64,000 bases of DNA from an uncultured Megasphaera sp. Lineage in GTDB: Bacteria > Bacillota > Negativicutes > Veillonellales > Megasphaeraceae. This document shows positions 37,802 to 49,989 of the stretch, piece after piece. Positions within the stretch are counted from its first letter, which is position 1. Each line of letters starts with the position of its first letter. The translations under genes and the position numbers were made by a program. Where the stretch lies: positions 76,702 through 140,701 of the forward strand of contig CAZDQW010000001.1 of the NCBI GenBank assembly GCA_964507845.1, in the 5' to 3' direction. The notes beneath the pieces are model-generated. The model did no database searches. It was not told the DNA's origin and saw only the letters and a program-made list of their open reading frames with translations.

Positions 37802-39166
37802 TTATTTTTCTTCATCCCCTTCAGATTCCGCTATTTTCTGCAAAACTAAAATCTTATCGACGCGCAAATTATCCATCTGCACAACTTCAAAGGTAAATTC
37901 ATTCCATGAGTACCGATCCTTTTCCCTGGGAATTCTTCCTACGCCATACGTAACAAATCCGGCAAGTGTTTTATATAAGTCATCTTCTTCACCAGGCATA
38001 TCCTCTTCTATATGAAAGAAATCCTTGAATTCTTCCATCGTCAGCAGCCCTTCCATAAGCCATTCCTGAGGACCGCGCCGAATAATTCGGTTATCATTTT
38101 CCTTTTTTTCTTTTTCCCCTGAAGGCATGGCTCCGACAATCTCTTCTAAAATGTCACGAAGCGTCAGCAGTCCGCTGAAATTCCCATATTCATCAAGAAC
38201 GGCCGCTTCATGAACGCTGTGTTCACGAAATAAAGGAACTATTTTCATAATATCCATCGATTCAGGCACATAAATAGGCCTGCGGACGCATGATTCGATA
38301 ATATTTCTCAGGTCCGCGTCTTTTCCTGCATGAACGGCTTCATAATACTTTTGAAATACTAGATTTACCGATACCATGCCGAGAAAATCATCAAGAGAAC
38401 CTTTTCCGACAGGAATATGCATATGATTGACCGAAAGTACGTCATTCATTATGTTTTCTTCCGAATTTTCTACGTCAATCCATTCGACCTGCGTACGGTT
38501 CGTCATAATATCGCTTACGCTCAAGTCGGCCAAACGAAATACTTTATCAACAAGAACAGGCTCTTCTTTTTCAAAAGTTCCCATCTTCGCGCCTTGTTCC
38601 AATAAAATTCTGATTTCTTCTTCCGTAACCGGCTGCACTTCCGGCTTTCCCATGCCGATAATTCTGGCTACTGCTGAAGTAGACGCAGACAAAAACCAGA
38701 TAACAGGCGTACAAATAGTACAGAAAAACAACATCGGCCTTGCCCAAAAACAAGCAATAAATTCTGGTTTGTTAATGCCGATGCGTTTAGGAACTATTTC
38801 CCCCAAAATAATCGTTAAATAAGTAATGACAGCAACAATCGCCGTCAAGCTGATACTATATGCATACGTTTCTAATCCCGGAATCATCGCAATAAATTTC
38901 GATACCGGCCCGGCCATTTCTGTACCGCCGTACACGCCTGTCAGCAGTCCCATCAACGTAATTCCGAATTGAATAGCTGAAAACATTTTATTGGGATTTT
39001 CCCTTAATTTTAAAACAATGCCGGCCGATTTGCTTCCTTCTTCGGCCATTGCTTTCAGCCGGGCCTGGTGACAACTTACGATAGACATTTCAAGCATTGA
39101 AAAAATGCCGTTTCCTATAATTAACAGAAATATAACGATACATTCTTTTCCTAGGGAAACTTCCAA
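37802..39166 (-). CDS. Hemolysin/CNNM-family protein (DUF21 + 2 CBS + CorC_HlyC; Mg/Co transport)
   Basis: NGIFSMLEMSI, GEIVPKR, DIMT.R, DEYG..SGLLTLRDILEEIVG, TLAGFV. Confidence 0.9.
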   Translation of the reverse strand: MEVSLGKECIVIFLLIIGNGIFSMLEMSIVSCHQARLKAMAEEGSKSAGIVLKLRENPNKMFSAIQFGITLMGLLTGVYGGTEMAGPVSKFIAMIPGLETYAYSISLTAIVAVITYLTIILGEIVPKRIGINKPEFIACFWARPMLFFCTICTPVIWFLSASTSAVARIIGMGKPEVQPVTEEEIRILLEQGAKMGTFEKEEPVLVDKVFRLADLSVSDIMTNRTQVEWIDVENSEENIMNDVLSVNHMHIPVGKGSLDDFLGMVSVNLVFQKYYEAVHAGKDADLRNIIESCVRRPIYVPESMDIMKIVPLFREHSVHEAAVLDEYGNFSGLLTLRDILEEIVGAMPSGEKEKKENDNRIIRRGPQEWLMEGLLTMEEFKDFFHIEEDMPGEEDDLYKTLAGFVTYGVGRIPREKDRYSWNEFTFEVVQMDNLRVDKILVLQKIAESEGDEEK

Positions 39167-39395
39167 ACCTGCTCACTTCTCCTTTTGTAAAAAATATTTT
39201 CAGCTTGCATTATATCTTGTTTTTATTTCACCGTAAATACAGCCGGACACATATGATCACGATGTCCTATAATTCTAATCGGCTTTCTTCTTGATATAAT
39301 ATAGCACCCCACTTGTTTTCGGTAACCATGATTTCCAACAAATGGGGTGCAGTTTACTTATATCTGTTCTATTGATTTGCTCCCAACGACAGTTG

Positions 39396-40145
39396 CTACC
39401 ACCACGGCCCTACGCCGATGCCTATGCCGCCGCCGTGATGACCTCCGCTTCCCCAGCCGACGCCAAAACCGACGCCGACCGAAGTGCCGCGGCGTTTGCT
39501 TTCTTTATCGGCCGTATCAAATACGGAAATGCTTTCCGTAAACGTCCGTTCAGATTGACCGATTTTAATATCGACAACAATATCTGTTTTTCCGGGACTC
39601 ATCGGAACAATGTTCAGCTTATCGGATATTCCGGCAATTTCTCCGTTCAAACTGGTAATTTTCACATCATAAGGCAGCATGCCCGGTACATGAATTCGTA
39701 CAATACCGTAGCTTCCTACAGCAAGCTTTTTAGGATAAACGACAACTTTTACTTTTTTTATCAGATTTTCCGCCGTTCCGTAAATAAGAGCTGCACTTCC
39801 GTCCTTTTCCAATTTCCATACGCAGCTGTTATCTTTAGCGACGAAATAATTTCCCTGCAAAAGATGCTGAAGTGAATCATAGGCTTTAACATGGTAAAAA
39901 TAATCACTCGTTAAATTTTTTTCAATACGAAAATAATACGCCCCTGTAAGGCCTGTACTTTCAGAAGGAATTTGACTAAACAACGCCGTAATACTATCGT
40001 ATTTTTTTCCTTTTGTAATGTAATAACTATCCGCTTGTTCCATGGAAACTGCCGGATCGACCATCATTTCATCGGAAAGATCAGCCGCCGACGCTGCGGC
40101 TCCCAAACATATCAGCATACAAAGCATATACGCACGCCATTTCAT
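39396..40145 (-). CDS. Secreted hypothetical protein with Gly-rich C-terminal tail
   Basis: Signal peptide MKWRAYMLCMLICLGAAASAA, RBS GAAGGAGG, possible Ig-like segment, C-terminus GVGFGVGWGSGGHHGGGIGIGVGPWW. Confidence 0.75.
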   Translation of the reverse strand: MKWRAYMLCMLICLGAAASAADLSDEMMVDPAVSMEQADSYYITKGKKYDSITALFSQIPSESTGLTGAYYFRIEKNLTSDYFYHVKAYDSLQHLLQGNYFVAKDNSCVWKLEKDGSAALIYGTAENLIKKVKVVVYPKKLAVGSYGIVRIHVPGMLPYDVKITSLNGEIAGISDKLNIVPMSPGKTDIVVDIKIGQSERTFTESISVFDTADKESKRRGTSVGVGFGVGWGSGGHHGGGIGIGVGPWW

Positions 40146-40188
40146 AGATAATCCCTCCTTCTGCACAGGTAAGTACATATGTAACTAA

Positions 40189-41349
40189 TTATTTTTTCAG
40201 AAAACGGAGATTTTCAAAACGATGCAGCGCTTCATATAACGTTTCATCTTTGACAGCAAATTGAAGCCGCACCAAATTACGCACATCTTCATGAAAAAAA
40301 GTAGATGCCGGAACCAAAGCGACGCCGGCTTTACGAACGGCATCTTCACAAAACGCCGTATCATCATGATACCCGTATTCCGATATATCGATCAGCAAAT
40401 AAAAAGCCCCCTGCGGAACGTTATGCTGAATTCCCAGGGAATCCAATCCCTCCATAATAATACTGCGTTTTTTTGTATACATAGCCCGCAATTCATCATA
40501 ATAAGAACGATCAAACAATAATCCGAAAACAGCCGCCTCCTGCAGCGGGCTGGGTGCGCTGATCGTTAAAAACATATGCAGCTGCCGTATAGCTCCGGCA
40601 AGATAAGGAGGCGCAAAAACGTACCCGAGACGCCATCCTGTAATAGAGTAGGTTTTCGACAAAGAACCGCACGTAATAGTCCGTTCATACATGCCGGGCA
40701 AAGCAGAAAAATATATGTATTCCGTCGGTTCATAAACGATATGCTCATATACTTCGTCGACAATAACAAAAGTATCATATTTTTTTACTAGTTCAGCAAT
40801 ACAATGCAGCTCTGATCTCGAAAACACTTTTCCGCAGGGATTTGAGGGATTGCATAAGACGATCGCTTTAGGCTGCTTACGAAAAGCATCCTCCAGTACA
40901 TCGGCATCAAATGTAAAGTTAGGCTGCTGCAGCGGTACATAAATCGGTTCGGCTCCGGACAGAATAATGTCCGCTCCGTACGCTTCATAAAAAGGGGAAA
41001 ATACGATAACTTTATCACCAGGATCAAGAATAGTCATCATCGCGGCTATCAACGCTTCTGTTCCGCCGCACGTAACGACAATTTCTTCTTCGGGATTTAA
41101 ATCTTGTCCTGTAAATGTCTTTCTATATTTTGCCAACGCATTTCTTAACTTTGCTGAACCGCTGTCAATACTGTACTGGTGCGGTCCTGTATGCGCAACA
41201 GATGCCATCTGCCGCATCATAGGAGACGGCGGCGGAAAATCGGGAAACCCTTCGGATAAGTTAACAGCATCGTATTGTTCTGCCATCTCAGCCATTCTAG
41301 CAATAGCCGATTCAGTAAATAAAGATATTTTTTTCGATATCTTTGGCAT
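40189..41349 (-). CDS. Class I/II PLP aminotransferase (YbdL/methionine aminotransferase-like)
   Basis: NLSEGFPDF, GGTEAL, NPSNPCGK, DEVY, SLSKTYSITGWRLG. Confidence 0.92.
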   Translation of the reverse strand: MPKISKKISLFTESAIARMAEMAEQYDAVNLSEGFPDFPPPSPMMRQMASVAHTGPHQYSIDSGSAKLRNALAKYRKTFTGQDLNPEEEIVVTCGGTEALIAAMMTILDPGDKVIVFSPFYEAYGADIILSGAEPIYVPLQQPNFTFDADVLEDAFRKQPKAIVLCNPSNPCGKVFSRSELHCIAELVKKYDTFVIVDEVYEHIVYEPTEYIYFSALPGMYERTITCGSLSKTYSITGWRLGYVFAPPYLAGAIRQLHMFLTISAPSPLQEAAVFGLLFDRSYYDELRAMYTKKRSIIMEGLDSLGIQHNVPQGAFYLLIDISEYGYHDDTAFCEDAVRKAGVALVPASTFFHEDVRNLVRLQFAVKDETLYEALHRFENLRFLKK

Positions 41350-41360
41350 GGAATTTCCTC

Positions 41361-43352
<1,992 letters not shown>

Positions 43353-43365
43353 TCATGCTTGAACT

Positions 43366-43620
43366 TTATTTTCTTATGACAGAAAATATCTTTTTATATC
43401 GTTCTATCATTGTCTCCAACGTAATAGAAGAAGCATAAATACAATCTTCTGTTACAATATAACAGCCCGTCCGCCGATCTTGATTTTTACCGGCTGCAAT
43501 TAACGGACGATAATATTGGTGCAGCGGATTAGTCTTTTTGTTTTTACTGGGATGCTCTTTAATTATGGCAACGATACTGCGCACATCAACCATCTGCTGG
43601 CCGCCGACATGAAGGTACAT
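43366..43620 (-). CDS. remB: DUF370 RemB/YaaB-family protein
   Basis: MYLHVG..V..IVAI N-terminus, YASSIT motif, position between recF and gyrB. Confidence 0.75.
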   Translation of the reverse strand: MYLHVGGQQMVDVRSIVAIIKEHPSKNKKTNPLHQYYRPLIAAGKNQDRRTGCYIVTEDCIYASSITLETMIERYKKIFSVIRK

Positions 43621-44518
43621 CGTCTTTTCTCCTATATTTTTTCGTTAAATTACGGATAAATTCATCTGTAATTTCTACAGGATGACGGCCTGTAATAAGC
43701 ATAGCAAGCATCATGCCGTCTTCCTCGAACTCACAGTCACAATAGATTCTATGAATGCATTTGTAAATGCATTCGCGCTTTACTTCATTATATAATTCCG
43801 TATACATCGGATTGTCTTTCGGTATATATCCGTTATGTTTCATTTCTTCCAGCGTCAGCCACGGCATCTTTGTCACGATACGATATATGTCAATTTTTTT
43901 GTGATGCCGTTCTTTCAACCTGCATAAATAACAGACAGATTCGCCGGCGTCAAGCCACCGGCCGCAGTTCGGACATTGCCGCTTATTATTTTTCATAGCG
44001 GCTAGCCTTCGTTTTTCCTGAATAAACCGAAGTTTAACGATTCGTTCCTTCAATGCATCCGGTATGTTTTTTACATCATCTTGAATACGCCGCACCGTTT
44101 CTTCCGGCAGCACGATGCCTTTCACATTCATCTCCAAACTATATTCTTCTTCTCCGCTGACTGTCGCATAGGTAAAATAATCGGGCCTTCGTCCCCGCCT
44201 GACAAATCGTATATCATCAATTACAGAGTCATGTATATACTCATTTATCTTTTCAATAATTTTCTGCTTATACATAAACATCTGGCTCATCCATACGGAA
44301 TTAAGAACTGCAACTATGGCAGCCGAACCATCAAATGCAAGAATATACGAATATTGGGCAATTTTCGGACCAACGATCTGTTTCCAGTCTCTTTTGGCTT
44401 GGAATAATTTGTACGGAGTAAGCAGCTTATTTTTTTCCAATATATCCGGTATAGCAAGGGCAGCTTTTTCCAAATTATGGTTTTGTTTTTTCATAAGATA
44501 GTACCTTGCCTTTTTCAA
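43586..44518 (-). CDS. DUF721/DciA-family protein with C-terminal Zn ribbon
   Basis: W.QIVG..IA, VLNSVWMSQM (DUF721), CPNCG...CYLC. Follows recF. Confidence 0.8.
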   Translation of the reverse strand: MKKARYYLMKKQNHNLEKAALAIPDILEKNKLLTPYKLFQAKRDWKQIVGPKIAQYSYILAFDGSAAIVAVLNSVWMSQMFMYKQKIIEKINEYIHDSVIDDIRFVRRGRRPDYFTYATVSGEEEYSLEMNVKGIVLPEETVRRIQDDVKNIPDALKERIVKLRFIQEKRRLAAMKNNKRQCPNCGRWLDAGESVCYLCRLKERHHKKIDIYRIVTKMPWLTLEEMKHNGYIPKDNPMYTELYNEVKRECIYKCIHRIYCDCEFEEDGMMLAMLITGRHPVEITDEFIRNLTKKYRRKDDVPSCRRPADG

Positions 44519-45587
44519 TACGCAGAGGATAACAGCCGTTCATCGTTTCAAAAATAAGCGGATCCGTCGTCGTAATAAATGTTTGTATGCGGTTGCGTAC
44601 AAAATCAAGCAAGGCCTGGCGGCGTTCTCCATCTAGTTCACTCATTACGTCATCCAACAATAATACGGGATATTCGCCAATTTCTGATTTCATATATTCC
44701 AATTCCGATAACTTTAGCGATAAAACGGCTGTCCGCTGCTGGCCCTGAGAACCATATTTTTTTAGGTCGGCACCGCCGACAGTAAACGATAAATCATCTC
44801 GATGCGGTCCGATAGACGTAGATTGACGGTCTATGTCGGAACGAATATATTTTTTCAGCAAATAATAATACCACTGGGGATCTGTTTGCCGCCTATCCTG
44901 ATGTTCAGCATAAGGCTGAACATACGTCATAGACAAAGATTCCTTTCCTCCCGACAGCCGGCGATGAATCATGCTAGCCAACAAAGACATTTTCCGAAGC
45001 GCCTCAAGGCGTTTTTTTACAATAGATGCGGCAAAAGAAGCTATTTGGCGGTCCCATTCATCCAGCACGACAGTATTGTCATACCTCATTTGCCGCAGAA
45101 GCAGATTGCGCTGCAATACGGCGCGATTGTACTGCAGCAGCGTTTTGTAATATGATTTGCTGACCTGAGCTATTTCCATATCCATAAAACGCCGCCGCAA
45201 AGAAGGACTTCCTTTTATAAGCTGTAAATCTTCCGGTGAAAACAATACTTCATTTAAAGTCCCTACTAATTCTTTCTGAAATACCTTCGTCTCATTGATC
45301 CATAATTCTTTCTTTTTTGTCTTTGACAGGATAATCTTAATCTGCTGAATAACGTCGTTCCGAAAAAAATCGACGATAATACTGGCATTTTCCTGATCCC
45401 ACTGAATAAGATCGCCGTCTGATATTCCCCGGTAAGATTTTCCCACACTGCCTGCGTACAATGCTTCCAGAAGGTTCGTCTTCCCCTGCCCGTTCTTTCC
45501 GTACAATAAGATAATAGAAGGCAAAAACGTAATAAATTCATTTTGATAATTTCGGAATTGATGTAGGCGTATTGACTTTATATTCAT
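44475..45587 (-). CDS. recF: DNA replication/repair protein RecF
   Basis: GKNGQGKTNLLEA, GSPSLRRRFMD, GPHRDDL, SQGQQR, LLLDDVMSELD. Confidence 0.97.
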   Translation of the reverse strand: MNIKSIRLHQFRNYQNEFITFLPSIILLYGKNGQGKTNLLEALYAGSVGKSYRGISDGDLIQWDQENASIIVDFFRNDVIQQIKIILSKTKKKELWINETKVFQKELVGTLNEVLFSPEDLQLIKGSPSLRRRFMDMEIAQVSKSYYKTLLQYNRAVLQRNLLLRQMRYDNTVVLDEWDRQIASFAASIVKKRLEALRKMSLLASMIHRRLSGGKESLSMTYVQPYAEHQDRRQTDPQWYYYLLKKYIRSDIDRQSTSIGPHRDDLSFTVGGADLKKYGSQGQQRTAVLSLKLSELEYMKSEIGEYPVLLLDDVMSELDGERRQALLDFVRNRIQTFITTTDPLIFETMNGCYPLRIEKGKVLSYEKTKP

Positions 45588-45589
45588 AA

Positions 45590-45805
45590 TTATACACCGG
45601 CTATTTCATATATGCCGATTCCTTTTATTTCAACAATGTCGCCCTGATATAATTTTTTTCTCTTTGCCGTACAAAGCTCACCATTAACGAATATTCTCCG
45701 CTCCTGCAATAAAAAACGGATTTCACCGCCGCTCTGCAAAACGCTTGCCAATTTAAGACTTTGATCCAATTGTATACTTTCCGTTTTAATCACTATTTTT
45801 TCCAT
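45590..45805 (-). CDS. yaaA: S4-domain RNA-binding protein YaaA
   Basis: I.LDQSLK..GGE...VNGE..KRKKL..GD; synteny. Confidence 0.9.
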   Translation of the reverse strand: MEKIVIKTESIQLDQSLKLASVLQSGGEIRFLLQERRIFVNGELCTAKRKKLYQGDIVEIKGIGIYEIAGV

Positions 45806-46920
45806 TATTTTGTCCTCATCGGCGTCACAACAAATACACTCGATTCATCGCCTTTATCCTGAACGAGCATTGGACTGTTTCGCCGCGCTTTCAATATGAT
45901 GTCGTCATCGTGGCAGTGTTTTAATATGTCTAAAATGAATTTGCCGTTAAAAGCTATTTCCAACGTTTCCCCTTCCATGTTGCACGGAACGAAATCTTCA
46001 ATCGTTCCGTAATCGGGATTCTGACTCATCAAACGAATTTCTTCATCGGAAAATACAAAGTGAATGACATTATATTGGGCATCTTTTGCAACAATAGATG
46101 CCCGTTCGACTGCACCGGTGAATTCGCTGCGGTTAACCACTAACTGGCATTGAAACTCTGTCGGTATGACCCGGCGGTAGTTTGGAAATTCACCGTCAAT
46201 AAGCCGTGTTCTGATATACACATTGCCGAATTTGATGGAAAGATAACTTCTAACGGTCGTGATTTCTACGGTTTCCGGAATATCTGCAGGAAGCTGCCGT
46301 GATATTTCCGTTAAGAGGCGGCTTGGAATCACTGCCTTCAGCGGAGTTTCTATAGGTTCGTCAAGGGGTGCGGTTTTTAAAGCTAACCGGTGCGTATCTG
46401 TCGCCACCATGGAAATCGTATCGCCTTGTACGTCTAAGTAAGTACCGGTAAAAACGGGCCTGGACACGTCGGTTGCACAAGCATACGCAGTATTTTCGAT
46501 CAAATCTTTCAGAATAATGCTCGTTGTTTTGAAATAAGCATACCCATTTTCCAGTATTTCTACTTCGTTAAAATCATTAGGATTCATGGTCAGGCATTCA
46601 AATTTCAGTTTACCGCCTTTAACGGTCATCTGCGTATCGGAATCATTTTTTATAATTTCGATTTCCTCGCTGGGAAGTTTACGGATCAGATCAATTAAAT
46701 ATGGATTGGCAACAAACGTTTCGCCGCTTTCTTGGATAATTCCCGGAACAGTTGTTTTGATTCCCATGTCGTAGTCGTTTGCTTGAAATTCTATTCTGTT
46801 GTTCATGGCTTTGATGAGCAATCCATTTGACGACGTCAGATTATTGTTTTTATTTTGAGCAACTTTTTGGACTGTCTGCAGTCCTTTGTATAGATCATCT
46901 TTTTTCAGCAGTAGTTTCAT
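45805..46920 (-). CDS. dnaN: DNA polymerase III beta clamp
   Basis: SRPVFTG, VATDTHRLA, RLIDGEFPNY, FNGKFILD, VVTPMR. Confidence 0.97.
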   Translation of the reverse strand: MKLLLKKDDLYKGLQTVQKVAQNKNNNLTSSNGLLIKAMNNRIEFQANDYDMGIKTTVPGIIQESGETFVANPYLIDLIRKLPSEEIEIIKNDSDTQMTVKGGKLKFECLTMNPNDFNEVEILENGYAYFKTTSIILKDLIENTAYACATDVSRPVFTGTYLDVQGDTISMVATDTHRLALKTAPLDEPIETPLKAVIPSRLLTEISRQLPADIPETVEITTVRSYLSIKFGNVYIRTRLIDGEFPNYRRVIPTEFQCQLVVNRSEFTGAVERASIVAKDAQYNVIHFVFSDEEIRLMSQNPDYGTIEDFVPCNMEGETLEIAFNGKFILDILKHCHDDDIILKARRNSPMLVQDKGDESSVFVVTPMRTK

Positions 46921-46944
46921 GAAATTATCCCCTTTTCTGCTTTG

Positions 46945-47157
46945 AATATGTTAATTGTAAAAAAATTAAAGAATAGTAGTCTTAGTAATAAAGGCTGTGG
47001 ATTTGTGCATAACGTATTATAAAGCGCAATAGCAAGCTATTCACATTAGTGAATAAGATGTGGATAAGTATGTTTTATCTATCCACATCTTCACTTTTTT
47101 TTTCAAAATTTACGTTATACCCAATTTATCTACACTATGTTCACTTAGTTATTCACG
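46945..47157 (-). other. oriC: DnaA-box cluster plus basal unwinding module (dnaA-dnaN intergenic)
   Basis: Minus strand reads TTATGCACAAATCCACAGCC-TTTATTACTAAGACTACTATT-AT-rich, i.e. overlapping boxes, GC motif, DnaA-trios and AT tract as in B. subtilis incC. Further boxes TGTGGATAA (47059) and CTATCCACA (47079). Confidence 0.88.
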
Positions 47158-48623
47158 TCCATAATTCGTTTTTTCAAGCGTTCGATAACATCTTTAAAAT
47201 TGTCGTCATTTTTTATGGCAGCTGTAATTTTTTCATATGCATGCATCACTGTCGTATGATCCCGCCCGTTAAACGTGGCGCCTATATGAGGATAGGTATT
47301 TCCTGTCAGCTCACGGCATAAATACATGGCGACTTGTCTGGCCAGCGCTATATTTTTCGTTCGTTTTTTTCCCATCAATTCATTGTAATTGACACGATAA
47401 AATTGACAAACTACTTTTGTAATTTCATCAATCGTGACATATTTTTTTTCTTCTTTTTCATTGACCAAATATTTTAATGCTTTCTGAGTCAGTTGTAAGG
47501 TAACGGCCGATCCTTCAATAGATGCCATAGATAAGACATTATTATAGGCGCCGTATAAATCACGGATATTTTCACTGACATTGGCGGCAATATAATTGAT
47601 GGCGTCATTTTCAATTTGAATGCTTTCTTTTTGTGCCCAGGTACGTAAAATTGCTGTTCTTGTTTCCAAATCAGGCGGTTCGATTCCTGTAACCATTCCG
47701 CTTTGAAACCGCGACCGAAGACGATCTTCCAAGCTCTTGATATCTTGCGGCGGCCGATCGCTTGTAAATACCATTTGTTTTTGTCCCTGATATAATTTAT
47801 TGAACGTATGAAAAAATTCTTCTTTTGAACTGTCTTTTTCCCCTTGTCCCAGGAACTGGATATCATCGACAAGAAGAACATCAATATTACGGTATTGCTG
47901 CCGGAAATTTTCCGTATTTTTGTCTTGTATTGCCTGAATAAAATCATTGACAAAGTCTTCGCTTGTAATACAGCGAAGACGGATATGGGGGAATTTTTGC
48001 AATATTTTATGGCCGATGGCATGCATTAAATGGGTTTTTCCCAAGCCGCTGCTTCCGTATATGTATAGTGGATTATATTTTTGAGCCGGAGCATCTGCCA
48101 CGCTGGTAGCTATGGAATAAGCGATTCGGTTGCTGTTGCCAACAATAAAATTATCAAACGTATAGTTGGGAATCAAATTGTTTTCCGACGTAGGGGCTTC
48201 TGGCGGCGAAGAAACTGATTTTGCTTCTTTTATATGGTTGCTGTCGGCAGAAACTGTATTTTTTTCGGGAAATAGCGAAATATGAATAGTGTCGCTGTAG
48301 ATATCATCCTCTGATATTATTTTAGGCGGCTGCTCTTGCTGCGCAGGTGGTTTGGAAGAATTGGATGACATTGATGTAATTGTGACAGTGATATTGCGGC
48401 CTGTTACTTTTTGTGCCGATTCGTTGAGTAATTTGGAATAATTTTTTGATATATAAGTAGCAATAAAATATTGCGGTGCTGCTAAAACCAATGTATCCTT
48501 TTCATAGGAAATAGGGATCAGAGCTGATTCAATATATTGTTTATATATTTCAGGCGGGAGAATTTTTTTTAGTTCATCCAGCATTCCTGTCCATAACATA
48601 ATCCAGTCGAATGATTCCATCAT
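47145..48623 (-). CDS. dnaA: Chromosomal replication initiator DnaA
   Basis: YTFDNFIVG, GSSGLGKTHL, LLVDDIQF, EEFFHTFN, RQVAMYL, RDHTTV. Confidence 0.98.
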   Translation of the reverse strand: MMESFDWIMLWTGMLDELKKILPPEIYKQYIESALIPISYEKDTLVLAAPQYFIATYISKNYSKLLNESAQKVTGRNITVTITSMSSNSSKPPAQQEQPPKIISEDDIYSDTIHISLFPEKNTVSADSNHIKEAKSVSSPPEAPTSENNLIPNYTFDNFIVGNSNRIAYSIATSVADAPAQKYNPLYIYGSSGLGKTHLMHAIGHKILQKFPHIRLRCITSEDFVNDFIQAIQDKNTENFRQQYRNIDVLLVDDIQFLGQGEKDSSKEEFFHTFNKLYQGQKQMVFTSDRPPQDIKSLEDRLRSRFQSGMVTGIEPPDLETRTAILRTWAQKESIQIENDAINYIAANVSENIRDLYGAYNNVLSMASIEGSAVTLQLTQKALKYLVNEKEEKKYVTIDEITKVVCQFYRVNYNELMGKKRTKNIALARQVAMYLCRELTGNTYPHIGATFNGRDHTTVMHAYEKITAAIKNDDNFKDVIERLKKRIMDVNN

Positions 48624-48649
48624 CAACAATCCTTTCCGTAAAGCAGACT

Positions 48650-49020
48650 ATGTGAATATTTTTTAAGATCAATATGTGGATAAGTGAATAATTACGAGCT
48701 GAAAAAAGCGGAAATTACGATATATATCGAATTTCCGGCAACATCATAAGTTGTACACAATTTGTGGAAAAATTGTTGATAACTTTTATTTTATCCACTT
48801 GATATACTGTTATTTTACACTAAAAGAGCAGGTATGGAAAGTTATTTTTTTCTGGATTGTCTCAGTAAAAAATTAAAATTATAGTAGTAGTGGATATGTT
48901 ATTATATTGACTGTGGATAAGTGGATAATTTTTAAGAGAAAAAAATCAGGAAACTAAGAAACAAGCGCTTCTTTTTTTTATAAAGTTATGCACAATTTGT
49001 GGATTATATGTGTATAACTT
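48650..49020. promoter_or_regulatory. DnaA-box cluster upstream of dnaA
   Basis: Multiple boxes, e.g. TGTGGATAA near 48675 and 48912, TTATGCACA near 48986, TGTGTATAA near 49009, plus near-consensus copies. Confidence 0.85.
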
Positions 49021-49068
49021 TTGTTTTTACATAAAAAATATGCTTTTTCTAATTGCATAAGAAAAGAA

Positions 49069-49097
49069 TTGACAGGCTTATTTTTTTTGACTATAAT
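49069..49097 (+). promoter_or_regulatory. Consensus promoter of the rpmH operon
   Basis: TTGACA-17 nt-TATAAT. Confidence 0.85.
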
Positions 49098-49160
49098 TAT
49101 GCTGTTATGGTGTAAAATGAATGGAAATGTGAGTGATAGGTGAAAAAGGAGGTGTCTAGC

Positions 49161-49295
49161 TTGAAACAGACATATCAGCCGAATACATTGTGGAGAAAAC
49201 GTACTCATGGTTTTCGTGCAAGAATGAAAACAAAAGGCGGCCGCATGGTTTTGAAAAAACGCCGTTTAAAAGGGAGAAAGAGACTCTCCGCGTAA
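49161..49295 (+). CDS. rpmH: 50S ribosomal protein L34
   Basis: Below the ORF-track cutoff. TTG start after AGGAGG; [44 protein letters not shown]. Confidence 0.97.
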   Translation: MKQTYQPNTLWRKRTHGFRARMKTKGGRMVLKKRRLKGRKRLSA

Positions 49296-49366
49296 TTATT
49301 ACAGATGAACAGACGAGTTCCGCAAGGGATTTTTCTGTTCATCTGCGTTTTAGGACAAATTAAAAT

Positions 49367-49729
49367 ATGTATGAATTAAAAAAAGAGAAAAGACTATGTA
49401 AGAATAGGGAATATCAGATTGTATACCGTTACGGAAAATCTTTTGTTAATCGATATGCTGTTCTGTATGTTCTAAAACGTTCACCGAAACAGGCATCCCG
49501 CATCGGTTTTGTTACAGGAAAAAAAATAGGCTGTGCAGTAGAACGGAACCGATGCCGGCGGTTGATGAAAGAGGTATATCGCCTTCATCAATTTGAATTA
49601 GCCGATGGATTTGATTTGGTGCTTATTGGCCGAAGTTATTTGAAAAATGTCGGATATGAGCAAGCTGAACGCAATATAATGCAGTTATTTCGGCAAGCTG
49701 GCGTATTGCGGAAAAACGAAAAATCATGA
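49367..49729 (+). CDS. rnpA: Ribonuclease P protein component
   Basis: [21 protein letters not shown] (RNR motif). Confidence 0.96.
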   Translation: MYELKKEKRLCKNREYQIVYRYGKSFVNRYAVLYVLKRSPKQASRIGFVTGKKIGCAVERNRCRRLMKEVYRLHQFELADGFDLVLIGRSYLKNVGYEQAERNIMQLFRQAGVLRKNEKS

Positions 49730-49935
49730 AACAGCTTTTTATCATTTTTATACGATGCTACCAAATTTTCATCTCTCCATTAAAACCGCCGTGCTGCCGG
49801 TTTTATCCAACTTGTTCGGCTTATGCGGTTGAAGCACTGCAGAAATACGGTTTTGCGAAAGGGAGTTATTTAGCAGTAAGGCGCATTTTAAAATGCCATC
49901 CCTTTCATAAAGGCGGATATGATCCTGTGCCGTAA
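49726..49935 (+). CDS. yidD: Membrane protein insertion efficiency factor
   Basis: [33 protein letters not shown]. Confidence 0.96.
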   Translation: MKQLFIIFIRCYQIFISPLKPPCCRFYPTCSAYAVEALQKYGFAKGSYLAVRRILKCHPFHKGGYDPVP

Positions 49936-49989
49936 ATGCCGTCGGACAGATGAAAAAGAAATCTGGACATATTTCCCTTTGAATAGGAG

